Below are positions 45,738-55,280 of a DNA stretch of 60,482 nt, in pieces (the stretch's first letter is position 1; each line of letters opens with the position of its first letter). The stretch lies in the NCBI GenBank assembly GCA_964457005.1, contig CAYWDJ010000001.1:1-60482 (forward strand), written 5' to 3'. The notes under the pieces were generated by a model that did not search any database, was not told the origin of the DNA, and was given only the letters and a program-made list of their open reading frames with translations. A program made the translations under genes and the position numbers. Origin of the DNA: an uncultured Planctomycetia bacterium. GTDB taxonomy: Bacteria > Omnitrophota > Gorgyraeia > Tantalellales > Tantalellaceae.

Positions 45738-46871
45738 CTACTCCTTGTTTAAAAACTTTATTTTCGGTAAAAGATATTCATCAAAAACTACTCCCCCGAC
45801 AAAGATAAGGCCAATAGCCAGAAGAGAGACCATACTTACGACAACGCTAAAATCCTTTTCCTTGAACACATCAGCCTCACCCGGGACATATGTCTTTCCT
45901 TCCTTACTGCGAAGCCCAAATTTTCCCACATACCAGATTATATTTCTGATATTTATGACCGGAACATTGTTTCTAGCCATCGACGTTATCACACCCTCTT
46001 TAGGGAACTTATCGAACGGCAGGCTGAAAAATACACCTGTCGGAAAATCTTTCCTGTATTTATATTCCCCTAGAGAAACAACGCCTCCTCCTACATTAAC
46101 ATACGCCTTTATCGCATTGTCTCCGGCATATTTCTTATATATTGCCATCCTTTTTTTTAAACTTTTTTCAAGATTTTGGTTGTATATCAGGGGAACATCG
46201 TTCCTTTTGATTATTGCTTTAAGAGTCTCCACGACTTCTTCTGTTTTATCCTCCTGTATGTCATTAAGCCCTCCGAGGGAAGCCGCTGCTGACCTGTAGG
46301 GAAAGATACCGTCACGATAAAGAAAGGTTTGCATATCAAGCCATGTGAACTCAGGGTCTGTCCCTCCCCCTCTGGATCCTCCCACCGACGTTATGATCAC
46401 GAGTTTCAGTTCCATGGCTTTTGCGGCTGAAAGCACCGCAAGATTAGCACCCGGCAATGAACTGGTAAAACCCACAGCTATGGTATCACCTCTACGAACC
46501 CCGGCTTCCTTAAAAAACTCCACAATTACAGCAGCAAAATTAGGATCTATAGCGGCTTTTTTAGCGCTAAAACTTCCGTGAGTGGTATCTATTATGGAGG
46601 CCTTCGTATGCATCAAAACCCTGGCGGCTTTTTCATACAAAGATCCTTCTTCCCCTCCAGCAAGAACCTCCTCTTCCGGCTCACTCGTTTTTATACGTTT
46701 TGCTTCCAGGATAAGGACTTTTTCCGCCTCCACCATATTCATAGTAGCGTTCGTCTTGTACAGAAACCACTCCTCGTTACGAAGCACCTTTATGGCTGTC
46801 GCAACAACTATTACTGAAAGCAAACATATGATAAAGATCGTTATCTTCTCTGGTTTTTTTTGTATTATCAT
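45738..46871 (-). CDS. Membrane-anchored protein co-transcribed with pgsB/pgsC, a candidate third component of the poly-gamma-glutamate system
   Basis: Start trimmed to ATG 46871, an ATGA overlap with the pgsC stop; the track ORF extends to 46976 inside pgsC. TM anchors at the N- and C-termini. The assignment rests on position and recalled family architecture only. Confidence 0.5.
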   Translation of the reverse strand: MIIQKKPEKITIFIICLLSVIVVATAIKVLRNEEWFLYKTNATMNMVEAEKVLILEAKRIKTSEPEEEVLAGGEEGSLYEKAARVLMHTKASIIDTTHGSFSAKKAAIDPNFAAVIVEFFKEAGVRRGDTIAVGFTSSLPGANLAVLSAAKAMELKLVIITSVGGSRGGGTDPEFTWLDMQTFLYRDGIFPYRSAAASLGGLNDIQEDKTEEVVETLKAIIKRNDVPLIYNQNLEKSLKKRMAIYKKYAGDNAIKAYVNVGGGVVSLGEYKYRKDFPTGVFFSLPFDKFPKEGVITSMARNNVPVINIRNIIWYVGKFGLRSKEGKTYVPGEADVFKEKDFSVVVSMVSLLAIGLIFVGGVVFDEYLLPKIKFLNKE

Positions 46872-47320
46872 AGCGCCACCAGCCCCCCGGTTATTATAAC
46901 GAGAATAAACCTTACGATTATAGCCCCGACCACAGACAACATAAAGGTCTCGAGGACTCCCTGTCTTTGCATCCAATATGCCATAAGCCCCGGGACTATA
47001 AATCCAAAATCCACTTCATACCCCTTAAAAGCCGGCGTATTAAAAAAATATGCCAGGCTAAGACTTACCAGAAACCCTACCAGGATACATACCACCATCA
47101 TTTTTCTTCCGTATATGATCATAATATTGCTCATAACCCGGACTATTCCCACGGTCAAAAGAGCCGCACCAAATATCTGGGCCATAGAGGCTATATCCGT
47201 TATATGGAGTGCAAGATACCCGGGAACGAAAAACCCCCCGAGTATCACGCCGAGCATTTCAACGACCATAAGGTTGATCATCAATCCCACAAATATTGAT
47301 AAATATAAAAAATCCTGCAT
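46868..47320 (-). CDS. pgsC: Poly-gamma-glutamate biosynthesis protein PgsC/CapC
   Basis: 150 aa with 4-5 TM segments. N-terminus LYLSIFVGLMINLMVVEMLGVILGGFFVPGYLAL is typical of CapC. Abuts pgsB. Confidence 0.75.
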   Translation of the reverse strand: MQDFLYLSIFVGLMINLMVVEMLGVILGGFFVPGYLALHITDIASMAQIFGAALLTVGIVRVMSNIMIIYGRKMMVVCILVGFLVSLSLAYFFNTPAFKGYEVDFGFIVPGLMAYWMQRQGVLETFMLSVVGAIIVRFILVIITGGLVAL

Positions 47321-48537
47321 TACTGGACCTTCCTCTCATTAGCTTTTTCGGACATCGTGGACACAAGATCAAAGAACTCCTCTCCACGACCTTTTATGTT
47401 CCCCGCGCAAAACACAAAATTATGATTATTGGCGAGCTCCGTGCATTTATTAAATGTCGCTTCCGCGTGTTTCATGCCCATACAAACTATCTTTGAAGGG
47501 TGAACCCCCGATTTTAATAGCATCCTTTTGAATAGCCGCCATCCGGTACCTGTAGCTATATATACATCAACCGGAAATCTCGCGAAAGATCTCGCTATAT
47601 CCACCGACCTTATAGGCCTATCGCGGCGGGCGTTAAATAGAAATATTTTTTTCTGTCCCTGTCTGAACTTACGGCTCATTCTCGTCCATATCATTGCGGT
47701 GGAATCCGGATCATTCGCGGCAAAAGCATTGACAAACTCAAACCACTTACCTTCATGCAAGAAACTCTTGGTCCTCAGAACTCCCGGGTCAGGCGTAGTA
47801 TTGTACATCCCCCTTAACGCTACGGCTTCCTCCACCCCAAGATGTTTACATACATCCAGCACCAGGGCCACATTCTCACGGGTTTCCAGGAACGGGAACG
47901 GTAACATCATTTCATCGGTTATAGCGGAGGTATCCCGGCACTGAACAGCATCGGCCTTATTTTTATCGGCATTCTTTTTAATTATGTCGAAATAAGTTCT
48001 CTCTGCGGTAAAAACAGTCTTACCTCTGGGTATGGTATTTGATAAAGCATTTGCGATCTGCTGGAGAGACCCTCCCATGCTTTCCCGATGGTCATTCCTT
48101 ACATTCGTTATTATCCCGAGATCGGACCTGAGCATCTTTGATTCGGTAATTTTCTGGTATCCCGGATCGATGGCCATACATTCAGCCACAAGAACCTCCG
48201 CTCCGGTTACGGCAGCTTCCTTTACTACTTTCATCTGCTCGTTTATATTAGGATAGGCTCCTCTTTTTATGTCTACAACCTGGTCCCCTACTGTTATAAG
48301 TTGAGGAACTGTACCGGTGGTCTTGGCCATCACCTTGTAGCCGGCTTCTTTTAATGCAAAACATAAGAGCCTTACAACGGAAGATTTCCCGCGGGTTCCG
48401 TTGACGTTGATAACAAGTTTTAATCTTGACCTAAGAGAAAGGTGCAGGAAATAGCGAGCTATTTCCCACGTCACAAATAAGGAGAGCATAATAATAGCGT
48501 AAAAAACATACATTGCCCTTATCGACATATTAAGCAT
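47320..48537 (-). CDS. pgsB: Poly-gamma-glutamate synthase PgsB/CapB (Mur-ligase fold)
   Basis: N-terminal TM helix, then VINVNGTRGKSSVVRL (Mur ligase P-loop), ECMAI and ITNVRNDH motifs. Start chosen at ATG 48537 (GGAGA SD); the track ORF starts at 48576. Confidence 0.8.
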   Translation of the reverse strand: MLNMSIRAMYVFYAIIMLSLFVTWEIARYFLHLSLRSRLKLVINVNGTRGKSSVVRLLCFALKEAGYKVMAKTTGTVPQLITVGDQVVDIKRGAYPNINEQMKVVKEAAVTGAEVLVAECMAIDPGYQKITESKMLRSDLGIITNVRNDHRESMGGSLQQIANALSNTIPRGKTVFTAERTYFDIIKKNADKNKADAVQCRDTSAITDEMMLPFPFLETRENVALVLDVCKHLGVEEAVALRGMYNTTPDPGVLRTKSFLHEGKWFEFVNAFAANDPDSTAMIWTRMSRKFRQGQKKIFLFNARRDRPIRSVDIARSFARFPVDVYIATGTGWRLFKRMLLKSGVHPSKIVCMGMKHAEATFNKCTELANNHNFVFCAGNIKGRGEEFFDLVSTMSEKANERKVQ

Positions 48538-48582
48538 TTCAATTCTCCGTGTAGGTAGGTGAAAGAAGCACAGCATCGATCC

Positions 48583-49629
48583 TTATAGGCAAGCCAGATC
48601 AACATTATCAAAATTCCTTTTATAGTACCTCATATAATCTACTTTGCACTCCAAAGATTGCATGACTGCATGAGAAAAGTTAACGCCCTCAAATTTTTGC
48701 GCGCTTCCTAATCCCCCGGGTGAAAACACATTAATTTCCATTAATTTGTCTCCGACAATATCCAGTCCAACCAAGAACATTCCATCCTGAACTAATTTTG
48801 GACGAACGATCTCGACGATATTAAGCATCTCTGGGGTTATTTCTGCCTGTTTCAACTTTCCGCCTGCATGAATATTGCTCCTCATATCATCCCCTGTACG
48901 AACACGACGAAAAGCACAATATTTACCTTTGTATTTTAGAGCCTGTCCATTCATAACAAAAAGTCGGGTATCTCCTTCTTCGGCTTTAGGTAAATATTCT
49001 TGCGCAATCACATATCCATCTCTGCTAACCGCATCGATCATCTGATTTAAATTTGAAAGATCACTGGGATTAACAAGAAAAACACCTTGGCCTCCCGATC
49101 CCTGTAAAGGCTTTAAAACAATTTTCCCTCCTTCCTGTTTAGCAAATTCTTTTATTTCATCCCTATTACGAGTAATCAACGTCCTGGGCCTTACTTCTTC
49201 AGGAAAAAGCTGAAAATACATTTTATTCATCGCTTTTGAAAGACCATTCGGATCATTCAAAACAATAACTCCGTTACGCATGGCAACTCTACCAAAAATA
49301 ATGCCTGAAGATTGAGCCCATGATCGTAAGCCGGCATCCTCGGCAGGATCACTTCTTAACATTAATATGTCTAAGTCATCCACAGTAATTTTCTCAACAG
49401 GAGCTTTTTGCGTTTGAATGTCCTTAATTAATCTATCTGAAAGTTTATATTTTTTCTGCGGAATTGCTTGGGCATGCGCACAAATTTTTTCATCAAGGTC
49501 ATAAACAAAGTCCCCTGCCCCAATTATCCAAACTGAATGACCTCTATTGACTGCCGCCATAGCGAGTCGGATTGTTGTATACCCTGCTTCCTCAGTCTTT
49601 ACATCATTAACTACAAACCCTAGTTTCAT
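48583..49629 (-). CDS. Glutathione-synthetase-like ATP-grasp ligase (GshB/RimK superfamily)
   Basis: Collinear with E. coli GshB by eye: MKLGFVVND, DILMLRSDP, IVLKPLQGSGGQGVF, AQEYLP, GDTRLFVMNG, NIHAGG, FLVGLDIVGDKLMEINVFSPGG. Confidence 0.8.
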   Translation of the reverse strand: MKLGFVVNDVKTEEAGYTTIRLAMAAVNRGHSVWIIGAGDFVYDLDEKICAHAQAIPQKKYKLSDRLIKDIQTQKAPVEKITVDDLDILMLRSDPAEDAGLRSWAQSSGIIFGRVAMRNGVIVLNDPNGLSKAMNKMYFQLFPEEVRPRTLITRNRDEIKEFAKQEGGKIVLKPLQGSGGQGVFLVNPSDLSNLNQMIDAVSRDGYVIAQEYLPKAEEGDTRLFVMNGQALKYKGKYCAFRRVRTGDDMRSNIHAGGKLKQAEITPEMLNIVEIVRPKLVQDGMFLVGLDIVGDKLMEINVFSPGGLGSAQKFEGVNFSHAVMQSLECKVDYMRYYKRNFDNVDLACL

Positions 49630-51536
49630 TTTAATCCTCCTTCTGGCAAATTATAAACTTCTATCCCTTTTTGTATCCTTTCCAATTTTTCTTTGACGCC
49701 GGCTGTCGATAAAAATCTTGGACGCAAAACAGATGTAGACAATATTTTTCTTGAGACCAGTTCTTTTATAACAGGAATATGATCAAATCCAAATTTCCCG
49801 ATAAACAATAGATCTAGATCTCCCCCTTTTTTTATAAACTCCAGAACTTTCTGCAGCCCCCTGAGATAAATAATGTCTTTAATTGATCCGCCGGCTCTAT
49901 AAGTACGAAATGTTATCCTAAAAGCATGCCCTTTGTCAAAGCTATATTTATTTATTAACCCATCAAACGTTTCTACGAAATTCTTTCCGTCTGCAAGCCA
50001 TCTGGCTGCAATAACTCTCGCAGCAACCGTTCGCAATCTGGCAGGCGTGAGTTCCCCTGAAAGAAATTCAGCTAAAAGAGCAAGGCCCTCTTGTAATTCT
50101 TCATATCCTGCAAGTCCGCTATATAGTTGTTTGAATGGCTGCTGACGGCCATTATAGTACGTTACCAAATGTGTCCCCACTTCATGTTGGATCAAAGCGT
50201 TGACTCTCGACTCAGAGATTTTAGCATTCTTCCCGATGTGAACCTTATTCCCAACAACAAGAATTCCCGGGACACTTTCATCTATCTCTGCTAAAGCGTC
50301 AAACATATGGCACTCCTGCTTATAATGGAGGATCTCATCGTTTACTTTTTTCAGGAAGCCCATTGAGTCTATTAAATTTTTACTTTCGGATGATGAAGGT
50401 ATCTTATTTAATATTTTTTGCGCTAACTCTGTAAGCTTATTATCTACTTTTCCGTAGAGCTGTAAGTTGCTAAACAAAAAACGTTTAGTTCCTCTATTTA
50501 TTAACATATTTAAACGGTGTTCCAATTCAAATTGTTTTTCTCTGAAAAGATCAGCTAATGTAGGGTCTTCAATTCGTTCAATAGGGATATTAAACAACCT
50601 TCGCTTAATTAGTGCAGGATCTATCGGTAAAGGTCGATAATAAAATTCCGGTATTTTACTGAACTTATCAGTTTTAAACTGATTCCAGGCAGCTCCCGCA
50701 TTCACAGGAGTAATCAACAATAGAAAATCAAAGGCATTGCTAACTTCAGCTAATTTTGAATCTATTTCCCAAACAGCTTTTACAACCGCTCTTCGCCCCA
50801 ATGCCTTGTAATTAGACGGCTGGTGATCTGTATGCTCCTTCAAAAAAATAAAACATAATTGTTTCAAAGCCTTGGATAAACCACGATGCAGCGATCGCAG
50901 GACCAGGGGAAAAAGCTCTCCGTTCTTCTGGCTTCTGTATATGGGATTTACGGTTATTCCAACTGAATAAGATCGATACTTTTCACTAGCTTCTTTTTTT
51001 AGTAACAATGGTAGCCCTTGTGGTGCAACCTTGGCCTCAAAGGACATTTTTACATCAGCATATACTTTGAGGATCCGGATCTTCTTAAGAAAATCCGCAA
51101 AACCTGATAGCATTGGGGTGTAAAGACTAAATTTCGGATCTTCCGTAGAGATCCTGAACATCGTTTTTTGCAATGCCCCTTTAGTTGTTTTTGGACTCTT
51201 ACCCCTTTCCGCCCATAGCTCCAACAGTAAAAATCCTCCAAATTCAGCAGACATGATCTTAACAATATTTTCAAGTAGCTTTTCTAAATTCTTCTGATAT
51301 CGTGGATCTGCGGTTACGATCAAATATGAGGCTTCACCCATTATCAGCCGCTCTGTTCCTTCATCCTTAGAATTCAAGGGTTTTCGATAAACAAACAGGA
51401 ATGGCATTGGCCGATCAATGTGGATCCGTCCTCCCGGAAGGGTTCGGCGAACCCTCTTCCCTTGCGAAAGTCTTGTACATATTGCCTTGACTAGCCGGTC
51501 AAATTTTTCTTCTGATGATCTTATTTTTTTATTCAT
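49626..51536 (-). CDS. QEGLA-motif / DUF1704 (MATCAP-like metallocarboxypeptidase) family protein
   Basis: Literal motif YEELQEGLALLAE and the upstream metal-site-like IQHEVGTHLVT. 636 aa. 4-nt overlaps with both neighbours. Confidence 0.8.
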   Translation of the reverse strand: MNKKIRSSEEKFDRLVKAICTRLSQGKRVRRTLPGGRIHIDRPMPFLFVYRKPLNSKDEGTERLIMGEASYLIVTADPRYQKNLEKLLENIVKIMSAEFGGFLLLELWAERGKSPKTTKGALQKTMFRISTEDPKFSLYTPMLSGFADFLKKIRILKVYADVKMSFEAKVAPQGLPLLLKKEASEKYRSYSVGITVNPIYRSQKNGELFPLVLRSLHRGLSKALKQLCFIFLKEHTDHQPSNYKALGRRAVVKAVWEIDSKLAEVSNAFDFLLLITPVNAGAAWNQFKTDKFSKIPEFYYRPLPIDPALIKRRLFNIPIERIEDPTLADLFREKQFELEHRLNMLINRGTKRFLFSNLQLYGKVDNKLTELAQKILNKIPSSSESKNLIDSMGFLKKVNDEILHYKQECHMFDALAEIDESVPGILVVGNKVHIGKNAKISESRVNALIQHEVGTHLVTYYNGRQQPFKQLYSGLAGYEELQEGLALLAEFLSGELTPARLRTVAARVIAARWLADGKNFVETFDGLINKYSFDKGHAFRITFRTYRAGGSIKDIIYLRGLQKVLEFIKKGGDLDLLFIGKFGFDHIPVIKELVSRKILSTSVLRPRFLSTAGVKEKLERIQKGIEVYNLPEGGLK

Positions 51537-52324
51537 ATTTTATTCAATTCTTCAAGAACTCCGGGCACAGCTGATTGCAATGCTTGAAAAATAGTTTGTA
51601 TTTTTTCTTTGTCAGGCTCGCCGGTCCATTCATTCATAAAGATTTTTTTAAATTCAATAGATAGAACACATGCTGCATCGGGAAATTTTTCATGCACAAA
51701 TTCAGGGAAATGTCCCCCGCGAAACTTAATATTTTCTCTAACGTCTAATTTTCTTCCAAAATAATTAAAACTAGACAAATCATCAATGAAATTATTAATA
51801 ACACCCTTCCAACGAGATCTATCGAGCATCGTTCCTGTTCCAATATTCACTTCAGGATTGTCTTTGCCCGCAGCAGGCTGAGCATCAGGTCCATTTCGCC
51901 TATGGTTATAGGAATGCACATCAAAAACAACAAACTTTCCAAATTTACTCTCAAATTCTGATAGCACATCATGAATATTTTTGTAAAACAAGTCATATGT
52001 CTGTAACGAACTTCTCACAAATTTCTCGCCTGGTTTTGATTCCCAAACATTAAGCCCCCAAGCATCATCAGGAGTCAAATAAACAGCCTTATCCCTTGCG
52101 CGATTCAAATCAACCTCAAATCGTGATGTCTTTACAATCAAACTATTCTCAACGACACCTGTCCACGCTCCAGTGAAAGGATCTTCCTCTCGCAAACGAT
52201 CCTCACTGCTCAATGCCATTAACTTTAAGGCTTCTTCGCTAAGCTGGTGCCCATCATGTATGGCGGTAGCAATCACCGGAACATCATTATTTTTTAAATT
52301 TAATAAATAGTCCATATTTGTCAT
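51533..52324 (-). CDS. N-formylglutamate amidohydrolase (FGase) family protein
   Basis: IHDGH, EEDPFT, DLNR, VFDVHSY and NIGTG motifs in the order expected for the FGase/HutG-like fold. 263 aa. Confidence 0.7.
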   Translation of the reverse strand: MTNMDYLLNLKNNDVPVIATAIHDGHQLSEEALKLMALSSEDRLREEDPFTGAWTGVVENSLIVKTSRFEVDLNRARDKAVYLTPDDAWGLNVWESKPGEKFVRSSLQTYDLFYKNIHDVLSEFESKFGKFVVFDVHSYNHRRNGPDAQPAAGKDNPEVNIGTGTMLDRSRWKGVINNFIDDLSSFNYFGRKLDVRENIKFRGGHFPEFVHEKFPDAACVLSIEFKKIFMNEWTGEPDKEKIQTIFQALQSAVPGVLEELNKI

Positions 52325-52380
52325 CTTTTTTAAAATAGATCTTCAAAGCACTAGATCAACGCTTCCTATAAATCATGCTA

Positions 52381-52410
52381 ATTATACCTTAAAATGAAAA
52401 TAATAGACAA
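52381..52410 (-). promoter_or_regulatory. Candidate promoter of the FGase-QEGLA-ligase-pgs operon
   Basis: Minus strand reads TTGTCT - 18 nt - TATAAT, 57 nt upstream of ATG 52324. Confidence 0.4.
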
Positions 52411-52540
52411 TACTGTTATTGGCAATACCTCCCTACAATTTTCACATGTTTTTTTGAGGCGGAAAGACAAAAATGGCGACCTGTATCATAAAGCCGCCTG
52501 GGAAATGGGCACGGTGTGAGCACACATGAAGTCTCCCTAA

Positions 52541-52715
52541 AAATAAAAACCCCAAGTCATTATTAAATAACAACTTAGGGTTTCTATTTTTATTTGGTGG
52601 AGGTGTACGGGATACAAAAACCGAACCATGTGAGGTTTTTGAACCCCGGAATCTACACAAGCTATGAGCGAAGCGAATAGCAAAGAATTAGACGAAGTCT
52701 GATTCTTACATTTAA
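52541..52715 (-). repeat. Copy C of the repeat (short body + diverged core + terminator), second unit of a tandem array
   Basis: Minus strand AGACTTCGTCTAATTC...CCGGGGTTCAAAAACCTC...TATCCCGTACACCTCCACCA (core 52611-52595), then AATAAAAATAGAA-ACCCTAAGT(15)ACTTGGGGT-TTTTATTTTT. The hairpin has a G.U on the minus strand only. Confidence 0.6.
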
Positions 52716-53020
52716 AACAAAAAACCCGGAAGAGGATTTATTCTCTTCCGGGTTTAGTTTTAAATGGTGGAGGTGCCGGGATTCGATATGCGATGGAGTT
52801 GTAACTTGTTCTCCTCCATACACTTATGGTGATAACTCCTTTATTTAGAAAAGTTTAGGTTCTTACAACATCTTACAAGGTTTTCCCCTAGATTCACTTT
52901 GGATGGGCGCGTTTTCGCTGCGCCTTCTCTCGCTTTGCTCGAGGATCCTTCTGGACCCGCCTTGACAACTAGAACGGTGTCGAGCACACAATAGTGGCGG
53001 AGAAACTACACAAACAACTC
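52716..53020 (-). repeat. Long copy B of the repeat: U2-type module + ~165-nt body + 22-nt tRNA-like 3' end + terminator
   Basis: Begins 5 nt after the stop at 53025. Shares with copy A a 48-nt block (1 mismatch) and a 47-nt block (1 mismatch) flanking a diverged middle. Core 52786-52765; perfect hairpin CCCGGAAGAG/CTCTTCCGGG (52725-52753) plus a T-run. Confidence 0.75.
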
Positions 53021-53024
53021 GCTG

Positions 53025-53753
53025 CTATTGCTTGAACTTCTTAGGGAATTGCTTGATCATGCCCTCGGCCAATAGAGCAGCGATCTTAAGTGCATGCACA
53101 ACTGCCTCATCAGAGACTTTTACTTCCGCAGCATAATCTTTCTTGAGCCGTAAGTCTGCTTGCATAGCGAGATACTCCAGATGCTGGTAAAATATATCTT
53201 TCAAAGTCTGTTTCTCCCAAAGAGGGTTTCTGGCCAGGGCAAATAGACCCGCGATATTATCGGCATTATTCCGTCCCTTCTCTTTGGCCTTGTTCAAGGC
53301 CTCGACATCCCCGTTCTTTGTCGCCTTGACGATCTCCATGGCAATAAGGATATGTTGCTGTAGGAGATCGGATAACCTATTCCCGGCCCAGCCTCCGTAG
53401 TAAGGCGTTATGATGTCACCGATTATCTCCTGATTTTTAACAAGTTGCTTCTTCACAACAGCCACATCATCAAGACCTGACATCACGCTTACGACATACC
53501 TCCCGGTCCAGATCACATCATATTCCCATAGCTGTCTCAAGAGAAGCCTGAAATTAATAGAGGATTCGGTGTAGGGCGGTAATGCTCTCGCTGGCCTCCA
53601 GTCGAATATTTTCTCAACAAAAGAAGGCACTAAGTCCGCCGGCTTCCGGTTGAAAACTTGTGTAATGCTACTAAATACCTCGTAGCGGGTCCATATTACG
53701 CCACTCACAAAACTTAAGAAAACTACAGCTAAAATAATTATTGATCTCTTCAT
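53025..53753 (-). CDS. Hypothetical exported/anchored helical protein (242 aa)
   Basis: N-terminal anchor MKRSIIILAVVFLSFVSGVIW. The rest looks helical and I recognise no family. Flanked on both sides by repeat copies. Confidence 0.55.
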   Translation of the reverse strand: MKRSIIILAVVFLSFVSGVIWTRYEVFSSITQVFNRKPADLVPSFVEKIFDWRPARALPPYTESSINFRLLLRQLWEYDVIWTGRYVVSVMSGLDDVAVVKKQLVKNQEIIGDIITPYYGGWAGNRLSDLLQQHILIAMEIVKATKNGDVEALNKAKEKGRNNADNIAGLFALARNPLWEKQTLKDIFYQHLEYLAMQADLRLKKDYAAEVKVSDEAVVHALKIAALLAEGMIKQFPKKFKQ

Positions 53754-53810
53754 ATTTGACCCCTTTTACGAAAAAGTTTTGTTCCCCTATAAAAATAGTC
53801 TACTACGATT

Positions 53811-53872
53811 AAAAACCCTATGCAACTATTTTAGTTGCATAGGGTTTAGTTTTGAATGGTGGAGGTTTCAGG
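53811..53872 (-). repeat. Minimal copy of the repeat (10-nt core ACCTCCACCA + terminator) immediately after the TolC-like gene
   Basis: Minus strand, 6 nt after the stop: CCTGAAACCTCCACCA-TTCAAAACTAAA-CCCTATGCAAC(7)GTTGCATAGGG-TTTTT. The stem is a perfect 11 bp. Confidence 0.65.
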
Positions 53873-53878
53873 CACACA

Positions 53879-55276
53879 TTAAATTTTCAAGTCTTTTTTC
53901 CTTACAAGCTCGTCGGTCAAGGTTAGCCAGTCGATAAGAAGTTTTTTAAGTTTTATGCTGTACTGGATCTTATTGAACCTGTTAAAATCAAGCTGGTTGA
54001 CCTCATCGATCAGATTATTGATTATGACCTTGCCGTAAGAATAATTTATCGTATCGTCGTCTACAATGGATTGCGCGGTCTGCACCTTCTTTTCCGCTAT
54101 TGCAATAAGTTCCCGCGTCCTTTCAATTTCCCTATAGATATTCTTGAGCTGTGTATATATTCTTATATGCGTGTTAACTTTTTCGAGCACGCGCCTCTCG
54201 TACTCAACTTTTGATGTGTCATATTCTGCATGCTCGACCTGCCCGGGAAAAGGATACTCCAGGGACAGCCCAACCATTATTTTTTTGTCATCCTTCACCA
54301 GCTCGCGATCGCCGCTCTTTATAGAATACTCGGTAAAAAGATCCACAGAAGGAAGAAGATCATCCGCGTCTTTATCCACCTCAATGTCGCTTTTTTCTTC
54401 CAGCATATCGAGTATCATCGACGTCCTGCCGTATTCTCTGAACCTTTCGTAATCCTTCTCGAAATCTATGCTTACATCATCATACTGGTCCGTTGAATAG
54501 GGCTCAAGACCTTCTTCAACATCATATCCTATACTTTTCTTTAAGAGGTTCGTATATTGGTCAAATGTGCTTTTTAAGGCGACTAAAGTCTCCTCCTTGA
54601 GAAGTACCTGGAGCTTTATCTTGTTAACATCAACGGGCAAAGCAATGTTATTCTTTTCTCTCCTCTCAACATTTCCTAAAAGTTTCAGGTTCTCCTCATA
54701 CGAATGTTCAGCGGTCTTAAGATTCTCGTAGGATTCATACCAGTCATAATATATCTGAATTATGGATGAGAGGTATTGTTCATACGCCTCGGCTATCTGG
54801 TATTTTGCTATATCTATCTCCAGGCCCACGATCTTATCCAGAAGCCTTGTAGCTCTCCCAAAAGCATTTCTTGCTACGGGCTGCGATATGATCGCGTAGA
54901 GTTCAGCATCAACATTACCGATTATTGTGTCCTTTATTGTTGAGTTATACCCTACCTCGACCTCGGTTCCCGTTGTTGGGAAAAGTTTGCTGAGTGACAT
55001 TTCATATACGGGAAACCCTTTATCTTCATGTTTTATGAAAGCAACATACTCGCTTTTAAAATTGGTCACGATATCATCTGCCGGAAGCTCCAGTTTTTTC
55101 TTGTATTTCAACTTAAGGCCTTCTACAAGTATCTGTTCAAACACCTTGTCTCTCGCGCAGGCAAATTCGACAAATTCATCCAGGGACAAAGTATCAGCTT
55201 TCACCGCGACATCCGCGTAAGCGCAATTCCCTAAAAGAAGAATTCCTGAAATTATCATTGTGAGTATCGTTTTCAT
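53879..55276 (-). CDS. TolC-family outer-membrane efflux protein
   Basis: Start trimmed to ATG 55276 (MKTILTMIISGILLLGNCAYA signal peptide), 4 nt after the RND stop. Two tandem helical repeats with the coiled-coil character of the OEP family. Confidence 0.7.
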   Translation of the reverse strand: MKTILTMIISGILLLGNCAYADVAVKADTLSLDEFVEFACARDKVFEQILVEGLKLKYKKKLELPADDIVTNFKSEYVAFIKHEDKGFPVYEMSLSKLFPTTGTEVEVGYNSTIKDTIIGNVDAELYAIISQPVARNAFGRATRLLDKIVGLEIDIAKYQIAEAYEQYLSSIIQIYYDWYESYENLKTAEHSYEENLKLLGNVERREKNNIALPVDVNKIKLQVLLKEETLVALKSTFDQYTNLLKKSIGYDVEEGLEPYSTDQYDDVSIDFEKDYERFREYGRTSMILDMLEEKSDIEVDKDADDLLPSVDLFTEYSIKSGDRELVKDDKKIMVGLSLEYPFPGQVEHAEYDTSKVEYERRVLEKVNTHIRIYTQLKNIYREIERTRELIAIAEKKVQTAQSIVDDDTINYSYGKVIINNLIDEVNQLDFNRFNKIQYSIKLKKLLIDWLTLTDELVRKKDLKI

Positions 55277-55280
55277 AATA

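Noticed and set aside
52938-52948. Adjacent XhoI + BamHI sites (ctcgaggatcc), also at 58595 and 60040, suggesting cloning-vector contamination
   Set aside because: The motif is embedded in a 28-nt module that recurs with natural-looking divergence (cgcttcgctcgagg versus cgctttgctcgagg) inside the native repeat family. No other polylinker or vector sequence is nearby.
52716-53020. A complete tmRNA (ssrA) gene on the minus strand ending in ...CCTCCACCA plus a terminator
   Set aside because: No 5' GGGG acceptor strand is complementary to CACCTCC. No CCGGG partner exists for the T-stem. The only Ala-initiated frame (AKREKAQRKRAHPK*) lacks the hydrophobic ALAA-type tag end. The same 3' end occurs seven times. 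These are fragments, not a gene.
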